Shown here: positions 1 through 11,920 of the stretch, piece after piece
Numbering within the stretch: position 1 is the first letter of the stretch
Layout of the letters: each line of letters begins with the position of its first letter
Origin: Nemertoderma westbladi
Lineage: Eukaryota > Animalia > Xenacoelomorpha
NCBI GenBank assembly: GCA_032718475.1
Contig: JAUCBJ010007069.1
Location: 1-34,717 of the forward strand
Reading direction: 5' to 3'
Length of the DNA stretch: 34,717 nt
Translations under genes and position numbers: made by a program
Notes under the pieces: model-generated
Told to the model about the DNA's origin: nothing
Seen by the model: only the letters and a program-made list of their open reading frames with translations
Databases searched by the model: none

Positions 1-3000
1 CCACCATTTTCACTGACCTTATGCTATGTTCTTCTAGTTCGTCCTGGGGGGTGGACAACGCTCCTACATAATAATCCGCTGTTATTGTAGATTTCCAAAC
101 TTGCATAATGCCGGACATGTTGAGCTTAGTTTGGAACTTGGGTTGTCCAGCAAATATGTCTTCGGCTAGCTCTTTGTCGATGAATGTTCCTGTACTACCG
201 GAGTCAAGGAGGGCGTTCACTACATAACTCCTCTTAGGTCCGTGAACCCTTACTTGCACCACAGGAAACTCTCGGATCCCTACATTGGAAGATGGCTCTT
301 TCCAAGATGGTTGTCGTTCAGAAGTAGTTAGAGTGAAGTCGCTGTCTGTATCCTTTTCATATGTGAGTGCTCGATACACTGCGGTATTTATCATATAACA
401 GGATTCGTTTTCGTCGGAGAACTCGTCCGTATAGAATCCTTCCATCTCAGATTGATCAGTGTCGTTCACATCACTGAATTGGACATGTAGTTCGGAATCA
501 CTTACCTGATTAGGACTATTTCGATCGAATTCAGCGTGCAACAAGATATGATGTTTCGCACCACACTTTGCACACCTTATGTCTGAGTAACAGGTTCGCC
601 GTTGATGTCCTTGTCTGAGGCAATTATAACATAACCGCTTATCCCACATGACTTCACGTCTCTCAGTTAATGATTTCTTTAGAAATTCATCACACATATT
701 CAAGCGATGGGTCCCATCACATAGCGCACATTTTGGTTTGATGTTACTCACCTTAATCTGAGTCACATTGTGTACACTTGCCTTTTCTTCGGGCTTTCTC
801 ACCTGAATTCTCTTGGGAGACGTAGGGGGAGTTTTTCTTACCTGTTCTCTCCTGTCATTTGTTCGAGACTTGAATTTACTTACCTGATCTTTAGGCATTT
901 TATTTACGTAATAAGATCTATCAGTGTCTTTCCCGCTATCTTCTCCTTGAGAAGTCTGGCTTTCACCGTCGTCTGTATAACACACTGGTGTTACCTTTCT
1001 CCTAGAGACGGGTTTTTCACTTACCTTGTTTTCCGGTGTCTTCTCTCTGGACAGTTTCAGGAGCTGTAATTTCACTTCTCCATCTAGGAATGACATGAGA
1101 TCAGCCATGGTAGGGTCTCTTCGTTGTTGTTCCATCATATATAACACTTTCTTATCCCAGCGTGTGCCTACTCCACCCTTCGGTAAAGTAGAAGCTACTG
1201 CTCTAATAACCATAGTGTTCTGATACTCATGAGACTTACCTAGCCAATCTAATTGTCTGCAGATCTCCTGGATCTCATCGGAAAACTCGATAATCCCGCT
1301 GCTAATAAACTTTCGGGGCGCTACCAACTTTGCATACAAATACCCAGCGATGTTATTCCTATTACCATACCTGATGTTTAGTGTATCCCAAACTTGTCTT
1401 AATCCGTCTGGATGTCCAATAAACTTTAACGCCATTAACTTGGGAGATCCTTCCAAGCACTCGATGAGGTATCTAAGTTTTTCTCCATTAGATAGTACAG
1501 AGTTCTGTATGTTATCTTTGTAATATTCATTAAAAGGTAACCATTTCATCTCATCTCCATTGAACTTGACGATCTCTCCCACCTTTACCGCTTGCCGGGC
1601 TTCGGTTCTAGCCATTTGACGCGTAAAACTTTCTTGGGCCATCGTGTTATTTAATATCGAGTTATCGGTATATAAATTTCTCGGATTATGATCCGTTCTA
1701 TATGGAATATCATTATCAACAGGTCTATAATTACCCTTAATAGGGTTCACTATAGGAGTTTCTACTTCGCTAGCAGTATAGATGCGTGTAGGCTCCACAC
1801 CTTGCGCATGCGATACTTCAGACCTAACAGGTTGACACATTGTTACAGAGGGTGGTGGTATACCCTTTTGTGTATTTACTAATTTATCGCGTTCTAGCGC
1901 GATACTTTGCTGCACTTCTTGCAACTCTAGCCTACTTTCCCTTACTGTGCCTTTGAATTGTTGAACAGTCTCCTGCATCTGTCCGAGCAGGAGATCCATC
2001 CCCCGTCGTCTCTCGTCCACCCATTCGACCGCCGAAGCGGGAGTCGCCAACGTTGTAGCGGGCGGACGAGGGACAACGGGCGACAAATCCTGAATATTTC
2101 GCTCGGGGTCCAGGACCTGAACTGTCTCCTGGGCAGTTCTACTGGGCACAGGTAGCTTAGTGCTATGCAGAGGGAATTTAGAGGTAGTTTCAGGGAGCAC
2201 AGGTGTGTCTATCACCGAAGGGGTGATTTCAAGAACAGGCCTAATTATTTCAGGCTCATCTACTATAGTAGGGAGTCTTTCTATTTTAATTATTTGGTCT
2301 GTGGGCTCTGTACTACCTAAGTTGGTGTTATTTAGTTGCCTTCTAACAGCTGGAGGCAAATCAGGCAATTTCTGACGGTGGAATGTTCTTTTACGTCTGC
2401 TTAGACGAGATCTATTTCCTTTGCCTTCAGTATCGGTGGTATCGCCTTCTTCAGATGATGTATATCCCTGTCTTTTGGGAGTAGATCGATTCATCATCTG
2501 CATATTACTAGCTGTTAACTGTTTATTTATGCAGTCTTGATTCTCCTGAATGTTTTCCAATTCTAATTGGGTGGTTTCTTCAGTCGCTCTCCGTTCTGCT
2601 TCTGCCACTGCCTCTGCCGCCTTTCTTTCAGCTTCGGCCGCTTTTGCTTCTGCAGCTGCCGCTGCCGCTGCCGCTTTTCTTTCAGCTTCGGCCGCTTTTG
2701 CCTCTGCCGCTGCCTTTGCCGCTGCCGCTGCCGCTTTTCTTTCAGCTTCGGCCGCTTTTGCCTCTGCCGCTGCCTCTGCCGCTGCCGCTTTTCTTTCTGC
2801 TTCTGCAGCTACCACTGCTGCTTTCTTTCTGTCTTCTATGCGTTTTTTCTTTACTTGTTCTTCTTGGACTCGTGTCAGGCGGAGTTGTTCATCAAATTTA
2901 GCCTGATTCGCAGCCCTCATTTCCACATCGATGGCATCCAACACAAGCTTGGTTCCTTCACTATTAGGGCTAAGTCCCTCTAACCTTCTCCTCAACTCGT

Positions 3001-4000
3001 CATCACCTAAAAAACGTTGATAGTCTGACAGATAGATGTCAATGGCATCCCTCTTATGCGGTTTCTCTGCCGTCGCTTCACTTTCCACTTGGGAAAAAGT
3101 AGCGTCTGTTGATTCTCCATGGGTTGATCGCTCCTCCAGCTGAGCTTTCCACTGAGCTGTTCCTTGAACCTGGAGACTCACCCGTTGAAACCAAGTCTTT
3201 ACGGCAACTTGCAACGACGTGTCCTGTCTTCGTTTAGAAGCCTCCTCAAAGGCTGATAAGATTAGCCTGATTCGCAGAATTCTTTCTCTAACTTGATAAA
3301 GCAGTTGTCCCTGCTCTTGAGGTCCTTGTGGTTGTTGAAACAGTTGTCCTTTTACTCGCTCCATAGAGCTGAAGAATCCCTGTGCGTATCCGGCTGCGGA
3401 CCTCTTCCACACAGCTGGATCGATGGTTTCCTTGGCTACTCCCATCCGGTGTATGTCTTCCCAGGCAGCTTCTGATAAATCAAACGGGAGTCCGGGTCCG
3501 GGGAAGTTCCATTGCGACTCGACAATAGACTTCAGTTCTTCACTCGTGTATCCCGCATAATTATCTTTAGTTGATCGTTGACTTCTCGCCCAATCGATCT
3601 GGTGTTCTTCCACTGCAATCAATAACCTAGTGAGTACGGCTGCAGGAAGGATGAGAAGGGGATCTGAATAAGCCTCATCCGTCATCCTTGCTCCGCGCTC
3701 GGGTGTCAGTTCTGCAGTATCTTCACTACTGGAGCTGTCGGGCCGCTGAGAAATAAGTTCTTGGCTCGCGGGTTGTCGCTGTTCCGCTGCTTCTTGGTTC
3801 CGCTTGACCTGAGCTCGCGTGCCTATGATAGACCTACGATGTTGGACCAGCCTAGGTTCTCTTATTACTACTGGAGGGATGACCTTCCTCACAGTGGGAG
3901 GTGAACTGAACTTACGACTAGACGGTTCTACGCCTCTATCTGAGTCGCAGATAGTTACATCTAATAAACTGTCTGACAGGTTCTGCTTAGTATCAGACAT
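1..4000 (-). CDS. BEL/Pao Gag-protease(-Pol) polyprotein, 3'-partial (>1330 aa)
   Basis: Manual translation from ATG at 4000 (MSDTKQNLSDSLL...). Same frame holds VKFNGDEMKW...KLRYLIECLEG (DUF1759-like Gag, ~1570), CALCDGTH...CYNCLRQGHQRRTC...CAKCGAKHH (~730-550) and ALLDSGSTGTFID (~205). Absent from the ORF track, consistent with no stop inside the window. Confidence 0.9.
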   Translation of the reverse strand, partial: MSDTKQNLSDSLLDVTICDSDRGVEPSSRKFSSPPTVRKVIPPVVIREPRLVQHRRSIIGTRAQVKRNQEAAEQRQPASQELISQRPDSSSSEDTAELTPERGARMTDEAYSDPLLILPAAVLTRLLIAVEEHQIDWARSQRSTKDNYAGYTSEELKSIVESQWNFPGPGLPFDLSEAAWEDIHRMGVAKETIDPAVWKRSAAGYAQGFFSSMERVKGQLFQQPQGPQEQGQLLYQVRERILRIRLILSAFEEASKRRQDTSLQVAVKTWFQRVSLQVQGTAQWKAQLEERSTHGESTDATFSQVESEATAEKPHKRDAIDIYLSDYQRFLGDDELRRRLEGLSPNSEGTKLVLDAIDVEMRAANQAKFDEQLRLTRVQEEQVKKKRIEDRKKAAVVAAEAERKAAAAEAAAEAKAAEAERKAAAAAAKAAAEAKAAEAERKAAAAAAAAEAKAAEAERKAAEAVAEAERRATEETTQLELENIQENQDCINKQLTASNMQMMNRSTPKRQGYTSSEEGDTTDTEGKGNRSRLSRRKRTFHRQKLPDLPPAVRRQLNNTNLGSTEPTDQIIKIERLPTIVDEPEIIRPVLEITPSVIDTPVLPETTSKFPLHSTKLPVPSRTAQETVQVLDPERNIQDLSPVVPRPPATTLATPASAVEWVDERRRGMDLLLGQMQETVQQFKGTVRESRLELQEVQQSIALERDKLVNTQKGIPPPSVTMCQPVRSEVSHAQGVEPTRIYTASEVETPIVNPIKGNYRPVDNDIPYRTDHNPRNLYTDNSILNNTMAQESFTRQMARTEARQAVKVGEIVKFNGDEMKWLPFNEYYKDNIQNSVLSNGEKLRYLIECLEGSPKLMALKFIGHPDGLRQVWDTLNIRYGNRNNIAGYLYAKLVAPRKFISSGIIEFSDEIQEICRQLDWLGKSHEYQNTMVIRAVASTLPKGGVGTRWDKKVLYMMEQQRRDPTMADLMSFLDGEVKLQLLKLSREKTPENKVSEKPVSRRKVTPVCYTDDGESQTSQGEDSGKDTDRSYYVNKMPKDQVSKFKSRTNDRREQVRKTPPTSPKRIQVRKPEEKASVHNVTQIKVSNIKPKCALCDGTHRLNMCDEFLKKSLTERREVMWDKRLCYNCLRQGHQRRTCYSDIRCAKCGAKHHILLHAEFDRNSPNQVSDSELHVQFSDVNDTDQSEMEGFYTDEFSDENESCYMINTAVYRALTYEKDTDSDFTLTTSERQPSWKEPSSNVGIREFPVVQVRVHGPKRSYVVNALLDSGSTGTFIDKELAEDIFAGQPKFQTKLNMSGIMQVWKSTITADYYVGALSTPQDELEEHSIRSVKMV
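2590..2830 (-). repeat. Coding repeat giving an Ala/Glu/Lys-rich predicted coiled coil (AEAERKAAAAEA...) in Gag
   Basis: Repeated GCTTTTCTTTCAGCTTCGGCCGCTTTTGC and GCCGCTGCC units on +; explains the spurious + strand ORFs here. Confidence 0.85.
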
Positions 4001-4084
4001 GTTTATGTGTACACTTGAATGTCTACTGCTGTATTACAGTCTGAGCAAGTCTAGTAACTCAGTATTAACTGCTAGCCTAGTAAT

Positions 4085-4500
4085 TAATTACCGGTACTGC
4101 TACTCAGTGTAGCGTGATATATATAATATATTAGAATACCGGTATGCTTATAGTATATATAACTATTATTACAGACTAGGTTTATCACAGAATACCGGTA
4201 TAATTTTAGCACAAATATATATAAATATATAATAGGCCTATCGGAATACCGGTATACAGCTTACAGTTTGTAGTATATATAATTCTGGACTAGAATTAAT
4301 TACAAGTACCGGTATAATTTCAGCCTAAATTTATAGAAATAAAGATAATAGGCCTATCGTAAATACCGGTATGCAGTTTACACTTATAGTGTATATATAT
4401 AAGTATAATTACAAACTAGAATTAATTACAGAATACCGGTATGATTTCAACCTAAAATTTATAGAAATAAATATAATAAGCCTATTGTAAATACCGGTAT
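4085..4500. repeat. Degenerate AT-rich repeats (~50-70 bp spacing) with TACCGGTA core in the leader of element A
   Basis: TACCGGTA at about 4089, 4137, 4193, 4247, 4307, 4364, 4433, 4492 with alternating related flanks. Confidence 0.75.
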
Positions 4501-5496
4501 ATCAATTATTTTAAATAACAGAATTTCTGAATTTCAAGAGTTACTTGGTTACCTTACTTACTTTATTACCGTTATTTGAGCAGTAATCCAACTGATATTG
4601 AGACCTAATGGTTGTATGGCAGGCCTACTATTTATAAATCGTTAGATTTGATTTATAATAAATATATACCCGTTTTAATGGGCTTTAGTCAATGCTTGAA
4701 ATAAATGTTATTATTTCTGGGGAGTAATCACTACACAAAGCGGTGCGCTTTTAGTGAAGTGTTACTTATAGGACACTAAAACAAATAATGCTAATTTACC
4801 TAAGTTACTTAATACTACAAATTACGTACAATTCGGGTGAGATTACAATCTCTAAATAAACACAAAAATTTACAAAAACACAAAATACGAATTTTCAGGG
4901 TAATTTTACAAGAAGTCTACAAACCAGCCTAACAAAGGGTTAGAATTCTGGTTATTACAACGGACAGGGTACTGCGGTATTTGAAAATAATACGTAGTAG
5001 TAAATACACTGCGTTGTCCAGATAGGAAAATACCACCGCCTGACGACCTATAGCCGTATCGCTATAGGTACTACGTTATGTATCACGGAGTGTTCCTACC
5101 TAGAAGTTAATAGAGCTAATCGAACGTGCCTATCAACCACTTTACAACACAAATATAATGCCTACACTAATTACTTTCGGAAAGCACTGTACACTAAACC
5201 CTAAATTAGGTACGAGTACTTGTACAACATATAATCAGTAGTTAAATATACTTGAACAGCTAAAAGAACCACGGCATCTGCTGGAGTGACCGGTGCACAA
5301 AATCACCAGTCTTTACCTACGCCAAGCAGCCCGTGTAGTACCGGGGTTAATTTAACTATAGCGGTATGTATAACAAACACAATTATTGTAGGAACAAACT
5401 TGGGGAATGAATGTTGCGAATAATCGCATAAACTCTGAATAATAAATATTACGCTACGCGTACAAACCACTCAAACAAAATGCAGACCAAACACTG

Positions 5497-6014
5497 ACAG
5501 ACTACTATCAAGCCTAAATAAACTACAGGACATGCAGACTCCGAAATGATTAGGTAGTATGCGTTCTAACCCAGTAGTACGACTTATTCTTTAGTTGGGG
5601 GTTTACCTTACAGCATTGGCTGCCCCTACTTCCTAACCGTTCTTTATCGGACAGAGGCTCTACACACACTGCAATCCGTTCAGACCTAATAACAGCCAGA
5701 CAACTATCCAGCCTACAAATTATCTAAATAAATATTATACCCTACCTGTACAGACTTACACAAACAAAGTACAGACTAAACGATGGCAGACTACTCTCAA
5801 GCCTAAATAAACGACAGGACATGCAGACTCCGAAATGATTAGGTAGTATGCGTTCTAACCCAGTAGTACGACTTATTCTTTAGTTGGGGGTTTACCTTAC
5901 AGCATTGGCTGCCCCTACTTCCTAACCGTTCTTTATCGGACAGGTGATCTACATACACTGCAATCCGTTCAGACTTAACAGCAATCAGACAACAGCCCAG
6001 CCTACAAATTGTCT
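5497..6014. repeat. Two-copy direct repeat, period ~289 bp
   Basis: CATGCAGACTCCGAAATGATTAGG...CTTTATCGGACAG starts at 5531 and 5820, core identical. Confidence 0.9.
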
Positions 6015-6210
6015 GTACAATATGATCAGGCTTACACGCCTTCTGTTCAATACTGGCCTACAAATAAATAAAACTGACAGAAATAAGTAAGCTCCAAAAG
6101 AAACAAGGGGTGTACAGTCCCTAATCTCTTAAACAGCCTACCGGTATGCAACAATCAAATCGAATAATACTAATGTACTTATACGGGAAGTACCGGTTAG
6201 GACAGTTAGG

Positions 6211-6310
6211 CCTACGGACCTACAGAAGTACCGGTTCTGGCAGTTGGACCTACGGACCTACGGCAGTACCGGTTCTGGCAGTTGGGCCTACTGACCTACA
6301 GATGTACCGT
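6211..6310. repeat. 38-bp tandem repeat, ~2.6 copies
   Basis: CCTACGGACCTAC...GTACCGGTTCTGGCAGTTGG repeated. Confidence 0.8.
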
Positions 6311-7019
6311 TCAGGTTTACCGGTTGACCGGTACTTTCAACTTTATTGCTTACTGCAATAAAGAAGATATATCCGTTATTGTTCGCGCTTTTAGACCTTT
6401 GGCAGTTTAACCCGCCAAATTAGGATGTCTTCTAGATAATAAATCACTTTTAGCCTATGACAAGTATTTAATTCACTACACTAGTCGAAACCAATCTGTG
6501 CGCGATCATTCACCCGCTGGATATACCCGGGAGATTGGGTTCGACGGCTTAATCTTATTGCTATGTAAGCTTAATGTATTATTCGACTGACAGTATTATA
6601 TAATCTCTGACAATATTATTCACCTTCGGGGAATATTAACAGTTCCTTTAGGACGTGGCGCTCTATCTATATAAACAGAGTTATGACTTAAACTACTCAC
6701 AACGATATGGCTTAGTTATAATTCACATATATGGCGCATTCTTTAGGAAATGCTTCGTTATCAGTCTCACTCATACACAATGCTGCACAATACTGCACAC
6801 TAATCTGCCGATTTTCACTGATTTTAGTCACATATAAAAGGAACACGGACCGACTCATGTAGGGTCTATCAAATAACATTAGATTCACTTCAAACCACTT
6901 TAACATAAGTCACAATCGTTATATATAACCTTTCTCTCTTACCTTCGGTATATCAAGAATATTGGGTTTTCGGGGTTATTTATCATTATTCCAAATATAA
7001 TAATTCATCAACCATATTA

Positions 7020-7464
7020 TGAAGAACCGACAGTAAATAGCAGTATAACAATATAAACGTATGCACAGGTATGTGGTACATGCAGATCATCAGTCAGTTA
7101 TGGTTTGTTGAGTTGAGTTATGTTTAGTTCATTAGTTTGATAACGGATATATGTCCTTATAATTAAGCCTACTAGTGTTAAGCTAAAAACAGAAAGGCAC
7201 AAAATATTTCCAAGCCGGTCTCTCCTGGCTCAGGACTGAATGTAAATACTGCACATAAAGCATTACGTGATTTCTAGGAAATTTCTCTACAAGAGCCATA
7301 AAAATGCTCTGATTGGCTGACTGAACTGAGAGACGCCGTAGAACAAAGAAAATCAACACGTATGAATATCAGCTGTTAACCGTAGTCATAGTAACTACTG
7401 TTCAAGAGTAGCTATCACCCTTTGCGTCATGGAATTGCCATAGAATCATCAACTATGCCTTTCA
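7020..7464 (-). repeat. Candidate 5' LTR of element A (~445 bp)
   Basis: TGAA...TTCA inverted ends; on - followed by TAATA then TGG (PBS-like position, 7014); internal CCAAT and Inr-like CATTCAGT on -. Partner LTR is outside the window so unconfirmed. Confidence 0.4.
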
Positions 7465-8508
7465 CAGTACACATACGGAGGAAATAGGTCTTAGATCCTC
7501 TAAAAAACACCGATACAGCAATAATACGGTCTCTTACACCTATTAAATCAACTACAGAGTATTTTAATGTAAAAGATAATAAAAATAACGGGGCAATTCA
7601 GCAAAGGCTTTTACAACTGACACTAATGTGGAACAGCTAGGATATTTGCGCTTTGTTTGTGTTTTAGTTTTAGTAACTATAGCTACCCCTTTCTATTGTT
7701 AGTTTTGTTCTATAATGCAGCATTGGTTGATTGCCTTAGCAGTCGGTGTTGTAATATTCGTATGGAAATGGAGTCGCATTTATAATATAGGGTGGTTCTA
7801 TGGTGGGTTCAGGGTCATCACACGCTCGGTGTCCTGGTTGTGCATCATGGGCATTTTTTCATAAATATTCGGTAATCTTATATCTTGTAAACGTGCTTGA
7901 TAATGAAATTATTTGCTTCATATTATATTTTTGTTAGTGGTAGCAAAGTTTAATTTTTTATTATGTGGGACGATCCACAAAGTCAGCTAGCCTCACGCCT
8001 TACAGTTTAGACAATTGTTTAGTTTAGGCCTACTTACTAGGCCTACAGCTGACTGACATAGTTCATTTGTAATAGTCTTGGCTAGGATTCTTCCCCCCCG
8101 GGCTCCTTCCAGCCAGTTCGCTGTCTTTCTAGTTTACATAGGCCTATAAATGCTTCAAAATTTATACAACTTTTGAAAAAAAGGTGACAAAACGTGGTTC
8201 CATATTTTTCGAACAAACGGTTTATGAAGCTATCTACAGTATTTTCGTGTTCATAGTATAAAAGATCACCAATCATTTATAAATATATAAAAACAAAATT
8301 TATAAATAAAAAAAATAGATTTGGGGTAATGTTATTATTCATGGTATTAATGATATTAAGGGATAAATTGTACATTGAATTGTAGTTGTTTAGAACAGTT
8401 TCTGGGTATGTCTATGATGTGACATATCACTCATCTCACTCGGTGGCCACAGGAGTTGTAATATAAATGAATTGTAGTTGAGCTGTTAATGCAACTTTAA
8501 TGAATGAT

Positions 8509-8669
8509 ATTGTAATAAGTTGTTCAGAAATGGTAAATATGAGAAAACGGGTCACCGGGGGTTGAACCAGCGCATTTAGTATCACCACAGTAGCGCACCA
8601 GTACATTTCGGCCTCCGTTTCCGGTGACGCGCTTTCTCATTTTCTTCTTCTCAAACAACTTATTACAAT
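8509..8669. mobile_element. Small MITE-like element with ~50-bp imperfect inverted repeats
   Basis: ATTGTAATAAGTTGTT...ATGAGAAAACGGGTCACCGG (8509-8558) mirrors CCGGTGACGCGCTTTCTCAT...AACAACTTATTACAAT (8621-8669). Confidence 0.65.
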
Positions 8670-9933
8670 GATATTAAGGTGTAATATATTAAAAATTAAA
8701 GTTTGAGAAATTCTACCAAAACCATTACACTTTTTATAGCAAAGGGTTTATAGGCATAATATGCAGTTTAGTAATGTTAAAATTCTTGAATAAAACTATA
8801 ATCGCAAAGTACTTATTATTAATGTACTTAGTACTAATTTGCACGCAGTCAGTCATCCAGCGAAAATACTTTATATTTCCTTCAGAACATTTTCACCATT
8901 TCTGTTGTTTTTAGCAGCTTTTTCTTTTGAAAGGATTTGCGGAAAAATATAAATTTTCGGGCCATTTTTGGAAATTACTAAAATGTGCCTTAGGGCCACC
9001 AGAGGCTTAATCCGGCACTGTGCGATACATGCGGGAAATGTTTTTCCCAACGCCATCATGTATCGAGCCACAAATGTATCCGCAGTGGGGAGACTCTGTA
9101 ACTGTAATGTTTGTAAGAAACGTTTCTCTACTTCCGGTGATATTGTTGGACACAGATTAACTAAAATTATGTATGTGGGTCGTTCTCACAAAAAGTGGCC
9201 AAACTTTTATGTCAAAATGGCCATGCATTCGCACGGTTATATTTCCAAACGACACAGATTTAACCCCATGAACCTATATACCAATCGGAAGAGCGGAAAT
9301 CTGCTCATATTTCAGCAAATTTTCAACAGATTCCTTCCACAACCTAGAGAATGACACCATTTCAAATATCGAAAATGCATGTTTTTTGAAATGTCACATT
9401 GAATTATTTTTAAGTATTTGGCTTCTGAGCTAAAGCAATGAAAGCAAAGGTTCCACATACCATACATCAAAATAAAGCAAATTTAATGCTCTTTCACATG
9501 CTATTGGTGGTTTTCAACCGAAGCTACTCACATTTTATATATTTACTATTTACTAACAATTAATTACGCCGTCACTAGGATTTTGTCCACCATGTAACGC
9601 TCGTTTTCATGACATCGATTTTTTTTATTTATTCACAACATCTCCAAGTAAGATATTTCTAAACGGCGATTTATTTAGCTACCAGCCCAGCAGGTAAAAG
9701 AATTATAGGAATTCGTTCATTAGAACTCGAGCATTGTGCGAAAACGTAAATCTACAAAAAATACCGTCATTAGGAATGTACCTAGTACTACGTAAAGGGT
9801 TTAGGAAAAGCTCATGATTTTTTACCTTTCTTTATTTCGGTTCTAAAACAGTACTTCTTAAAGTCAACGTCATGCCATTACAATTGTCAAACGGAATTAG
9901 GCGTGTTGTGTCGGGTAAGAACTTCTTGATTGA

Positions 9934-10352
9934 AGTTAGTGATGGCGTTACACGTGAAGGACTTAGAGATTAAGTTAGTGATGGCGTTACACGTGAAGGA
10001 CTTAGAGATTAAGTTAGTGATGGGATGGCGTTACACGTGAAGGACTTAGAGATCAAGTTAGGGATGGCGTTACATGTGAAGGACTTATAGATTAAGTTAG
10101 TGATGGCGTTACATGTGAAGGACTTAGTTACACGTGAAGGACTTATAGATTACGTTAGTGATGGCGTTACACGTGAAGGACTTAGAGATTACTTTAGTGA
10201 TGGCGTAACATGTGAAGGACTTAGAGATTAAGTTAGTGATGGGATGGCGTTACACGTGAAGGACTTAGAGATTAAGTTAGTGGTGGCGTTACATGTGAAG
10301 GACTTAAGATTAAGTTAGTGATGGCGTTACACGTGAAGGACTTTAAGTTAGT
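9934..10352. repeat. 39-bp minisatellite, ~11 copies
   Basis: Unit AGTTAGTGATGGCGTTACACGTGAAGGACTTAGAGATTA with small indels; no unique spacers. Confidence 0.95.
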
Positions 10353-10370
10353 GTTCCTGCCCAAGGGTTA

Positions 10371-10540
10371 AATAACCGGGAAAATAACTCAATAATAGGG
10401 TAATAAGTGTGTTATTCCCCATTATCTTCACTCACCTACGAGTAATTTATTTCTTAAGGCTTCAAACATTTCTAAAAGGGTTTTGTTTGGGGGGAGTTGA
10501 TTAAAAATGGGGCTTGGTATTTTTGGGGGGAAATAACTAT
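10371..10540. repeat. Dispersed repeat, related to 12570-12710
   Basis: ACATTTCTAAAAGGG...GTTTGGGGG...AAAATGGGGCTTGG...TTTTGGGGG occurs at ~10466 and ~12636. Confidence 0.6.
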
Positions 10541-11284
10541 GCATATATATTTTATCACTATTATTTTCCTATATGGATACGATTTAATTCAACGACTATG
10601 ACTTATGGTAGACATTATTTCAGTAATCTTATTTTATGTCTATTATTTCAGTCATTTTTAATGCTTTCATATGTGGCCTTTCTGCGCAGTAGAGCAATCA
10701 ATACATTTATTAAATTATGTATTTATATAGTAGGTAATAGCGTAAATTTTTTAGCTCTATTTCTCAGATTTATTTCCCAGCTAGATAAGGGGACTTTCGA
10801 CGGAATAAAAAGCGGGTGTAACAAGGGCGCATTTTTTCTTGCAAATGGTAACTAAATGAGTACCGGTACTGGCTTTTCCTCTGTGGAGTATAGTTCGAGG
10901 GGGCCCGCACTGTAAATAGGTCGCCCGACTTTGCACGTAATCCCTTGCCTAACGGTCGAATAAAAGTTTTACTTTTTTTACTTTTATACCGCTCCAGGGT
11001 AAAATCGACGCAAATAACAGCTGATTACTCCTAAAAAATACAACTGTAACCTGTTCTATTGTCTTTAACTTATTGTTTTGGTTAGAATAGAGAGTGCAAT
11101 TGTAAACGCTCATTTCCCTTAATTTTTAATTTAACATTAAGACGAAATATAAATTCGCCGAGATGGGATTTGCGTCCAACAACGTCCCCCCCCCCCCCCC
11201 CGTCTCCTTAGCGATCGATCTTTCTTGAATAACGTACTTTTGTTATAACAGTTTTGCAGATTTGGGGACTGAATCTTGACGTAG

Positions 11285-11920
11285 AAAATATTAAAACTAA
11301 GGTAACAGTTCCGTATCCGCATAGCACTACATTTTTATACCATAAATCATGGTTACCATGGCAACATTGTAGAGTTCTAGAACAAAATATAAATATTATA
11401 CAGTGACACAAATTCTAGAACTTAAATAAAATTAAAAATATAACGTTCTAGTACATAGCTAGTTATTTTTCAATTTTTAATTAGCTTGTAATTTAAAAAA
11501 ATATAAAAATTGTTTTATTAATGTTTGGTGCTTTGGTAATTTTCAATATTAATTTAAATGTAGGCCTATTCAGAAATTTATTTAAAAATAAATTTTTTGA
11601 TTTACTAGGTATTTTAATTAAAAAAAACTAGCTACCGGTATATGTTAGAAATATAACAATTTTCAATATTCATTTAAATGTATTCAGAAATTCATTTAAA
11701 TACTTTTTTTTAATTTACCAACTATTTTAAAATTAAAAATAAACTAGCTATATGTTCTAGAACGTAATATTATTTTATTTTATTTATGGTTTATAATAGT
11801 ATATAATTATTTTCATTTGTTCTACAACTCTTCAACGTTGCCAATGATATAAGTTTTAAAAATGTAGTGCTATACAGACCTCTAGTCAAAACGGTATTCC
11901 TTCTAGAATAATATTTTTTA
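11285..11920. mobile_element. AT-rich foldback/MITE with long degenerate inverted arms
   Basis: ATAGCACTACATTTTTA (11321) vs TAAAAATGTAGTGCTAT (~11857); further arm matches around TGGCAAC...AGAGTT.TAGAACAAA and ACGTTCTAG..ATAGCTAG. Confidence 0.6.

Larger units (their letters stand above)
1..7464 (-). mobile_element. BEL/Pao LTR retrotransposon A (5' part; continues beyond the left edge)
   Basis: Minus-strand Gag with BEL-type Cys/His knuckle cluster followed by aspartic protease; long upstream leader and candidate LTR/PBS. Right boundary is tentative. Confidence 0.85.

Noticed and set aside
770-4112. Many short + strand ORFs
   Set aside because: Antisense shadows of the long minus-strand Gag ORF and its coding repeats.
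5497-6014. 289-bp duplication as paired LTRs or ribozymes
   Set aside because: Adjacent tandem copies without TG..CA/PBS/PPT context; no hammerhead core recognised.
8830-9803. 128-aa ORF (8968-9354) and possible piggyBac-like non-autonomous element
   Set aside because: No protein motif; only one candidate end (AAAGGGTTTA) found.
9934-10352. CRISPR-like appearance
   Set aside because: Head-to-tail units with no unique spacers, eukaryotic context, no cas genes.
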